Source: Rhodothermales bacterium
GTDB taxonomy: Bacteria; Bacteroidota; Rhodothermia; Rhodothermales; Bin80
Direction of reading: 5' to 3'
DNA length: 64,000 bases
NCBI GenBank assembly: GCA_965203305.1
Contig: OZ241874.1
Span: 1,640,904 to 1,704,903 of the forward strand
Each line of letters opens with the position of its first letter. Position 1 is the stretch's first letter. A program made the translations under genes and the position numbers. The notes beneath the pieces are model-generated. The model was not told the DNA's origin, did no database searches, and worked only from the letters and a program-made list of their open reading frames with translations. Below are positions 57,625 to 64,000 of this stretch, piece after piece.

Positions 57625-59448
57625 ATGTCGTATATTTCCAGCATGGAACGCATCGCTCCCATCCTGTCCGAGCACGCCCCGCCCCAGGAGATTCTGGAAG
57701 CTCTTCGGAAGAAGACCGCCGAGTGCGAGACCCTGCGAACAAAGTGCAAAGCCAGGGACCAGAAGATTGAGACCCTAGACCGGGAGTGCGAGACCCTGCG
57801 AACAAAGTGCAAAGCCAGGGACCAGAAGATTGAGACCCTAGACCGGGAGTGCGAGACCCTGCGAACGAAGTGCGAAGCCAGAGACCGGGAGATGGAGACC
57901 CTGGAAGCAAAGTGCGAGACCCAAGACCGGAAGAGCAAGACCCTGCGGGCAAAGTGCGAGACCCAAGAGAAAAAGATCCAAGACTTGCGCAAAGAAATCC
58001 GCGCCCTCAAACAGGAGCTTGCCTTCGTGAGAAGTCAGAAGTATCGACCGAAAAGCGAGCGGCATGACCGTAGCCAGTATGAGATGTTTCCAGATCAGGT
58101 CTCTGCTGCCGCTTGGCACGAGGTGGAGCGGAAAGAGAGGCGGAAGAAGACCGGGAAAAAGCGCGTCTATATGGGGAAAGAATTCTGGAAGAACGCAGGA
58201 CTGCCCGTAGAAACGGTCCGCATGGATCCCCCGGATAACCTTCCCCCCGATGCCAAACTCGTCGGGTATGTGGAGAGAGAAAAGCTGGCCCGCAAACCGG
58301 GACAGTTGTATGTCAAGTGCGAACTGTATCCGGTCTTTGCGAGGGAAGACGGCACGAAACTGTGCGAGGCGCCGTTGCCCACCGACCGCGGACTGCGCAA
58401 GTGCCGGGCGGATGAGAGCCTGCTGACCCATCTGGTGCTCTCCAAGTATCTCTATCACCTCCCGATTGAGCGGATCGTGAAGCAGCTGCATCTGGAATCT
58501 GGCGTACAGATTTCCAAGTCCACGGCAACGGACTGGGTACACCTGGTGGCCTCCCGGCTGGATCGCCTGAACCATCCCCTGCGCATGGAAGTGCTGGCAG
58601 ATGGCTATATTCAGGCAGACGAAACCCGCATTCTGGTGCAGGATCGGGCGAAAAGCAGGGCCGGTGGGACCTATCACAGGGGCTGGTACTTTTTCTATAC
58701 CTGTCCCATCTCCAGACTGATCCTGGTGGATTACCAGCCGACGCGTTCCCGGGCAGGGCCGACGGAAATGCTGGAGGGGTTCCGGGGAGAGTTGCAGACC
58801 GACGGCTATGCGGTCTACCATCAGTTTGGAAAAATAGACGGGATTGAACTGTTTGCGTGCTGGGCGCATGCCCGGCGGAAATTCAAGAATGCTCTGCGTG
58901 CCGAGGGAGAGAACTCCCCCCAGGCGGAACAGGCTGTGGTGCTGATTCAGCATCTGTATGCGGTGGAGGACGAGCTTCGCGAGCAGGGGGCAGACGTTGC
59001 GGAGCGGGAGCGGGTGCGCCAGGAGCAGTCCGTCCCCATCCTGCAGGTGCTGGAAGCCCTCCTGCGAGAACACACCGGGGACAATGACACCTTCTGGTTC
59101 AGAGCCGTGCGCTACACCCTGAAGCTATGGGATCGCCTGAGCGGCTTCACCCGCAATGGACGCGTGGAGATTGACAACAATCTCGTGGAGAACCGGGTGC
59201 GTCCCATTGCACTGGGACGCAAGAACTACCTGTTTGCCGGCTCGCATGCGGCCGCCGCCAATGCAGCCACGATCTACTCTCTGCTCAGTACTTGCCAACT
59301 CCATGAAGTCCATCCGCAGGAGTGGCTGATGGATATCCTGAGGCGCGTGGAAACCACGCCTGACGAAGAGCTCCACACGCTGTTGCCTCATCACTGGAAG
59401 GCGACCCGGCAGGAAGAACAACAAGTGCCACTCGCCAAGGCAGCATAG
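57625..59448 (+). CDS. IS66-family transposase (TnpC-like), 607 aa
   Basis: Near-identical to 34529..36415, with one fewer 21-aa repeat and a handful of substitutions. Confidence 0.9.
   Translation: MSYISSMERIAPILSEHAPPQEILEALRKKTAECETLRTKCKARDQKIETLDRECETLRTKCKARDQKIETLDRECETLRTKCEARDREMETLEAKCETQDRKSKTLRAKCETQEKKIQDLRKEIRALKQELAFVRSQKYRPKSERHDRSQYEMFPDQVSAAAWHEVERKERRKKTGKKRVYMGKEFWKNAGLPVETVRMDPPDNLPPDAKLVGYVEREKLARKPGQLYVKCELYPVFAREDGTKLCEAPLPTDRGLRKCRADESLLTHLVLSKYLYHLPIERIVKQLHLESGVQISKSTATDWVHLVASRLDRLNHPLRMEVLADGYIQADETRILVQDRAKSRAGGTYHRGWYFFYTCPISRLILVDYQPTRSRAGPTEMLEGFRGELQTDGYAVYHQFGKIDGIELFACWAHARRKFKNALRAEGENSPQAEQAVVLIQHLYAVEDELREQGADVAERERVRQEQSVPILQVLEALLREHTGDNDTFWFRAVRYTLKLWDRLSGFTRNGRVEIDNNLVENRVRPIALGRKNYLFAGSHAAAANAATIYSLLSTCQLHEVHPQEWLMDILRRVETTPDEELHTLLPHHWKATRQEEQQVPLAKAA
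57721..57975. repeat. 63-bp in-frame tandem repeat inside the IS66 transposase gene (copy B)
   Basis: Units start at 57721 and 57784, followed by diverged units. Confidence 0.9.
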
Positions 59449-59714
59449 CCTCCCCCGCTTCCCCGCGGGAACGACACGGGATCCAAAACCATCGCTTGGT
59501 TCCCGCCAGAAAAAGTAGGACGCACCCGGCAGACCCGCACAGAACAGGGGACGAGAATCACAAACGGAAACTCCCGGGAACACACAGAACCTCTCTGCCT
59601 TCGGAATCCCTGATCCCCTCACAGAATATGCCGCAGGAAGGCACCAACCCTAGACAGGGGCGTATGCCAAAATACAGGGGCAAGACAGGGCTGTTCGGAC
59701 GCTTACTTGCGCAA

Positions 59715-60678
59715 GATGGCAAGAATAGACCGGGAGCGGATTACCCGGCGGGTCTTTCGCGGGATTATAGAGCGGGATTACCGGGCGGTAGAGGATCCGC
59801 TGGGGGGTGGTCCCGGTCTGAGTGCCTCCTCCATCAGCCGGATCGCACGGGAGGAGAGTGCACAGATTCTGGAAGAGTTTACATCCAGAGACCTGTCGCA
59901 GGATCGGTATGTGGCAGTATCCCTGGACGGCACCCAGATGTACGGATGTCATGTGATGATCTGCCTGGGATTTACCGAGCATGGCGAGGCGCATGTTTTG
60001 GGGATGACCGAGATGTCCACGGAGAATGCATCGGCCGTAGAAGGGCTGCTGCATCGCCTGATTGCGCGGGGATTGCGGTATGAGAACGGGCTCCTGTTTG
60101 TCGTGGACGGGGCCAAGGGCATTCACAAGGCGATTCGGGATGTGTTCGGGAGATACGCCGTGATCCAGCGGTGTACCTGGCACAAGCAGGAAAATGTACT
60201 CCAGAAGGTGGAGAATGAACAGGAACAGAAAGCGGTCCGACGTGCCTTGCGAGAAGCCTATGATCAGGATACCCATGCGGAGGCGAACCGCGCCCTGCTG
60301 GACATCTGTACCGACCTGGAGAGCAAAGGATACCACCGGGCTGCCAACAGCCTGCGAGAGGGGATGGAAGAAACGCTAACCCTGCACAGGCTCGGGGTAG
60401 GCAAAGAACTGCGCAAGAAGCTGCGGACAACAAACCACATGGAGCACATGAACAGCCGGATCAAGTATGATGTAAAGCGGATCAAACGATGGAACAACTC
60501 CAGTCAGATGCATCGGTGGACGGGCATGTCTGTGCTGGACATTGAACCAAGACTGAAAAGGATCACGTACCAGAACCAGCTGGATGCCCTCAAACAAGCC
60601 CTCTGGGAACATGTACATCTCTCAAAACCTTTAACCCACACAGGCGTGGAACATTTGGCGAAAAGCAACCCAAACTAG
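59715..60678 (+). pseudogene. IS256-family transposase, 3' part
   Basis: Carries the DDE motifs VAVSLDG, LFVVDGAKG and TTNHMEHMN, plus QRCTWHK. Confidence 0.85.
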
Positions 60679-60839
60679 CACCATGCCGAAGAAACGATAC
60701 GAGAACCGAACAAGTCAGAGAAACAGAGAACTACTCATGGATATTCGGATAGATACGCCTGGAAAGCGTCAGAGATGCCAGCAGCGAACTGTTTGAATTA
60801 CTGAGACATGAGTGGAGAGAGGAAGCCGAAGCCATTGAA

Positions 60840-61073
60840 ATGGCCAGAGAGATTCAAGAGCTTGTGGAGGGTGCTGAGCGTGATGCAGCTATTGAGGAAT
60901 TGGAAGCAAAGCTGGAAGAGATCTTTTTAATGAAGCAGGAGAACCGGCGCATGGAGATCAAGCATCTGGAAATGGAACTTGAGAGAATGGAAGAGCGGTT
61001 GAGGGAAAGCTCTCAGGCTAAGGATCGTCTAATTGATGCGCGCCTGGATGAACTCTTGGGGAACGGGCAATAG
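60840..61073 (+). CDS. Small coiled-coil protein (paralog of 61551..61778); the frame is open upstream to 60753
   Basis: Charged heptad-like sequence. Shares the pattern EExLxAxLExIFxxKQE...ERxxxxxxxIxxRxxxLxGxG with 61551..61778. Confidence 0.45.
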   Translation: MAREIQELVEGAERDAAIEELEAKLEEIFLMKQENRRMEIKHLEMELERMEERLRESSQAKDRLIDARLDELLGNGQ

Positions 61074-61100
61074 CGAGGACATCGGGTATTCTATCCACAT

Positions 61101-61529
61101 GTGCCGAGGCACACGAACAGTTGTAATGATGCCCCAAGAACTTTATTCATTCTTGTGTTGGCTTTGACCGTTTTTGTAACCGATGAATCGGAGGCTCAAC
61201 GTGATTCAGTTAAAGTAGAACATGAGGTAATCGTGAACTCGGCGAGCGATACTCTAGTCATTATGACCCCAGTCCATGGGAACATACGACATGGTGCGCG
61301 TCAGATACGCATAGAGCGTGAAGTCATGATCAATTCAGATGGAGATACAACGATCATAGGGCATGTAACAAGAGATCCCAAGGTTCGAATGCTCCTTCAC
61401 AGTCATGGAGGTCAGTGTGGTCGGCGGATTCGTAACAGACTCGAACATCGTGGACGGAAACGGGGCAGAGAACATCATGTCCACCCGGAGAAGCGGGGCA
61501 GTAGAGAATTGCGAGAAGTGGAAACATAG
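61101..61529 (+). CDS. Hypothetical secreted protein ending at an in-frame TAG
   Basis: Hydrophobic N-terminal segment (LFILVLALTVFVTDESEAQ) and a basic C-terminus. It is in the same frame as the next ORF. Confidence 0.45.
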   Translation: MPRHTNSCNDAPRTLFILVLALTVFVTDESEAQRDSVKVEHEVIVNSASDTLVIMTPVHGNIRHGARQIRIEREVMINSDGDTTIIGHVTRDPKVRMLLHSHGGQCGRRIRNRLEHRGRKRGREHHVHPEKRGSRELREVET

Positions 61530-61550
61530 ACACGCTGCCTGGCTCGCGAG

Positions 61551-61778
61551 TTGCGCGAGGCTGATGAAGAGTCACATCAAGAAAAAGAGGAAAAATTGAG
61601 AGCACAATTGGAGAAAATATTTGACTACAAGCAGGAGATGGAACTGGGGGAAATAGACCGAAAGCGTATTGAACTGGAAGCACAGAGCAGGACGGTGGAG
61701 GAGCGTCAGAAAAACAGGGATGTAATTATTGAAGACCGGATCAATCAACTCATGGGGCGGGGCTCATCGTATCGCTAG
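61551..61778 (+). CDS. Small coiled-coil protein, or the C-terminal part of 61101..61529
   Basis: Same frame as 61101..61529, separated only by TAG plus 7 codons. Paralogous to 60840..61073. Confidence 0.4.
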   Translation: MREADEESHQEKEEKLRAQLEKIFDYKQEMELGEIDRKRIELEAQSRTVEERQKNRDVIIEDRINQLMGRGSSYR

Positions 61779-61963
61779 TCACCATAATCACTTCATTGCC
61801 CCCAAGTCTGAAGATATCAGGGCTGTCCGTATATTCACACATCTGTCTCGCATGGATATGTGTGCTGTCGTCGGCAGAACAATCTTTTTAGCTCGCCAGA
61901 GTGTACTATGGGAGAGTAATTCTCTTACATTACTCCCCTGATTTCTCCCATCAGGCCCTGATC

Positions 61964-62493
61964 ATGCACCCTGTTGAAGCACTCAGGAAGGCTGTTCGTA
62001 CGGTTCCTGACTTCCCCAAGCCTGGAATTGAATTCAAGGACATCACTCCGATCCTGTCCGAGATTTCTCTCTTAAAGCTGGTAGTACAGCAATTGGCTTT
62101 TCCGTTTCGGGAAAGCAATATCAGTAAGGTAATCGGGGTAGAATCCAGAGGGTTTGTTATGGCACCACTGCTCGCATTTGAGTTGGGGGCAGGTTTTATA
62201 CCTGTCAGAAAGGAGGGAAGGTTGCCGCGTGAGACATACAGTGTTTCTTATGATCTTGAATATGGTTCAGGCACGATAGAAATGCATACAAGTGCTGTAC
62301 GCCCGAATGATTGCGTATTGATTCACGATGATGTGCTTACTACCGGTGGTACTGCCGCTCTGCCGTAGAAGATTTGGTAGACCGAAGTGGAGGCGAAATC
62401 GCAGGATTGTCGTTTTTGCTTGAACTGTCTCACCTGAAAGGCAGAACAAAATTGCGATATCGGGATATGGTTCGCTCAGTTATTCAATTCTGA
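61964..62493 (+). CDS. apt: Adenine phosphoribosyltransferase with a 1-nt frameshift near 62354-62362
   Basis: FPKPGIEFKDITPIL and the PRPP motif VLIHDDVLTTGGTA. After the shift, hand translation gives AVEDLVDRSGGEIAGLSFLLELSHLKGRTKL, which is the normal Apt C-terminus. The 530-nt span is not a multiple of 3. Confidence 0.85.
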
Positions 62494-62801
62494 GTGTTCC
62501 GGTATTGGCGGGTTGCAGACCTGCTGATACAGGGTAAAATCCGGGATTCTGCGATCATATTGCAACTCGGGAAAACTTGATCTCGTGTGAGAGCGGGATT
62601 TTGTAATTGATGAGATATTTACTGGAAAGAGTTTTTTTGTAAAATGGAGATTCCAGATTTTACTTGCGTTAGTTCGGGCATCCATGTCCCTCGGGAATGG
62701 TTATACAGTTGTTGGGTATTCTCTGGACTTGTCTATGACACCAGAAAAGGGGAATACTGCCAACTGATCTCTGCCAACAAGTGCAAATTTGAACGATAAC
62801 C

Positions 62802-64000
62802 ATGAACATTGATCGCATTTATATCAGGGGACTTTTTGATGACTGGGATCATGAGCTTGCTTTTCTGCCAGGAGAGCATATCATGCTTTTAGTTGGTCCA
62901 AATGGCTCTGGAAAGACCACCGTTTTGAAACTCATCAACATGTTATTTAAGCAGTCATTTGCGCAGCTTTGTAACATGCCGTTCCGGGAAGTAAATGTTT
63001 TGTTTGACAACGAATCGCAACTTACTGCAAGAAGAGAGCCGGCCGATCCTGATTCTGATTTGCTGCCACTCACATTGACCTTTCATCAAGATGGCAAGAG
63101 TCAGTCGTTTCAGCCTCCCAAGTTATTCATTGATCCGAGGAATGTGGAGATCCCCTTGTCCGCAGTTGAAGATTATGTGCCTTCGCTTGTTCGGAGTGGA
63201 CCTCGAAGATGGCATGACCTTGAGACGGGATCAATGCTTGATCTCACGGATGTATTAACAACCTTCCCAGATTATTTTCCTCCTGATTTTCAGGGAGGCA
63301 ATGTCAATGTTCCTGACTGGCTGCGGGATATAAAGAACTCTGTGGAGGTCTTCCTCATTGATACCGAGCGTTTAACTCGTGTATCATGGGGACGACGGCC
63401 ATATGATCGCGCGATGAGGGCAACACGTACCGTCACTCATTATTCAAAACGGTTGGGTGACCGTATACAAAATACGATTGCCGAATACGGGGTACTATCC
63501 CAATCACTTGACAGCACTTTTCCAGCTCGCTTGGTTACCAGTGGAGAGCAACTAGACTATCCGCCGGTTGAAACATTGCAGGAAGATCTTGACATGATCA
63601 AACAGAAACGCCACCAACTAGAGAATGTCGGAATCTTGGTAGAAGAGGAGTCAGGTCTTGATATTCCCAATCTGAAAGATGTAGAGAAATTACAACTAAA
63701 AACACTTGCAGTTTATGCAGAGGATGCCAAAAAGAAGCTTGAGGTCTTTGATGATCTACATAAAAAAATTAGTGCTTTCAAGAGGATCATTGACTCTCGC
63801 TTTAGTCACAAGAGGGTTTCAGTTAACAAAAATGGCTTGCATATCCAAAAGGACGATGACACCCGTTTGAGTCTACACTTGCTTTCCTCAGGGGAACAAC
63901 ATGAACTTGTGATGCTTTACGAGATGTTATTTCGCGCATCGGATAAATCTCTCATTCTCATTGATGAGCCGGAACTTTCACTCCATGTTTCTTGGCAAGA
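62802..64000 (+). CDS. ABC/SMC-like (AAA_21/AAA_23-type) ATPase with a long helical insertion; start present, 3' end cut off by the window
   Basis: Not in the ORF track because no stop is reached. Hand translation: MNIDRIYIRGLFDDWDHELAFLPGEHIMLLVGPNGSGKTT (Walker A) ... about 340 aa ... LLSSGEQHELVMLYEMLF (signature) ... SLILIDEPELSLH (Walker B). The frame is open to position 64000. Confidence 0.7.
   Translation, partial: MNIDRIYIRGLFDDWDHELAFLPGEHIMLLVGPNGSGKTTVLKLINMLFKQSFAQLCNMPFREVNVLFDNESQLTARREPADPDSDLLPLTLTFHQDGKSQSFQPPKLFIDPRNVEIPLSAVEDYVPSLVRSGPRRWHDLETGSMLDLTDVLTTFPDYFPPDFQGGNVNVPDWLRDIKNSVEVFLIDTERLTRVSWGRRPYDRAMRATRTVTHYSKRLGDRIQNTIAEYGVLSQSLDSTFPARLVTSGEQLDYPPVETLQEDLDMIKQKRHQLENVGILVEEESGLDIPNLKDVEKLQLKTLAVYAEDAKKKLEVFDDLHKKISAFKRIIDSRFSHKRVSVNKNGLHIQKDDDTRLSLHLLSSGEQHELVMLYEMLFRASDKSLILIDEPELSLHVSWQ

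Larger units (their letters stand above)
57356..59706 (+). mobile_element. IS66-family element, copy B, 2351 bp
   Basis: Same termini as copy A. Flanked by a perfect 8-bp direct repeat TTGCGCAA (57348-55 and 59707-14). It is 63 bp shorter than copy A, which equals one repeat unit. Confidence 0.9.

Noticed and set aside
34271-59706. Composite transposon formed by the two IS66 copies
   Set aside because: Each copy is flanked by its own perfect 8-bp duplication (TCATGTTT and TTGCGCAA). The outer flanks do not match each other, so the two insertions were independent.

Overview
64-kb bacterial chromosomal window. Four proteins end in T9SS-type C-terminal sorting domains and a PorV-like porin is present. 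The host is therefore probably in the FCB superphylum (Bacteroidota/Rhodothermota/Ignavibacteriota-like); this is inference, no search was run. Layout: (1) 0.1-24 kb holds ordinary core genes: rpsO-pnp, M16 peptidase, a secreted S8 protease with LRRs, epimerase-scpA-scpB, rluB-guaB, an orphan AAA+ ATPase, an oxidoreductase, a DUF62 SAM hydrolase, a TonB receptor, tmk, a BNR/sortilin-like protein, an M23 peptidase and a PduO adenosyltransferase. (2) 24.6-27.9 kb is a visibly AT-richer islet. It contains a 268-bp direct duplication of a lipoprotein gene 3' end around a 1.34-kb segment with terminal inverted repeats. It also contains a 27-bp inverted-repeat pair bracketing the start codon of a small gene (candidate shufflon-like or intragenic inversion switch), and a Panacea/DUF4065 antitoxin-like gene followed by a 58-aa membrane ORF. 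(3) 28-34 kb is core: ABC ATPase, PAP2, Sua5/TsaC, tRNA-Phe, tRNA-Asp and a BacNav-like channel. (4) An FG-GAP/T9SS gene is split by a single-ORF IS66-family element with an 8-bp TSD. (5) 37.4-46.2 kb is a cluster of TonB receptor, 1131-aa Ca-binding-repeat protein, PorV-like porin and amidase. (6) 46.2-60.7 kb is an accessory island. It starts with an MmeI-like Type IIG R-M enzyme and continues with a nest of IS copies: an IS110; a decayed IS66 carrying an IS1634-family insertion; a catalytically degenerate IS256-like gene; and an IS256-like gene split by a second copy of the IS66 element with its own 8-bp TSD. (7) 60.8-64 kb holds small coiled-coil paralogs, apt, and a 3'-truncated (start present, end cut off) ABC/SMC-like ATPase that runs off the window. 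Two housekeeping genes (pnp, apt) carry single-nucleotide frameshifts, and three 10-12-nt G/C homopolymers cluster around the IS110 copy. Whether these reflect sequence quality or real decay has to be resolved from reads. All protein calls rest on motif recognition in the supplied translations. No database search, RNA folding or read mapping was possible.
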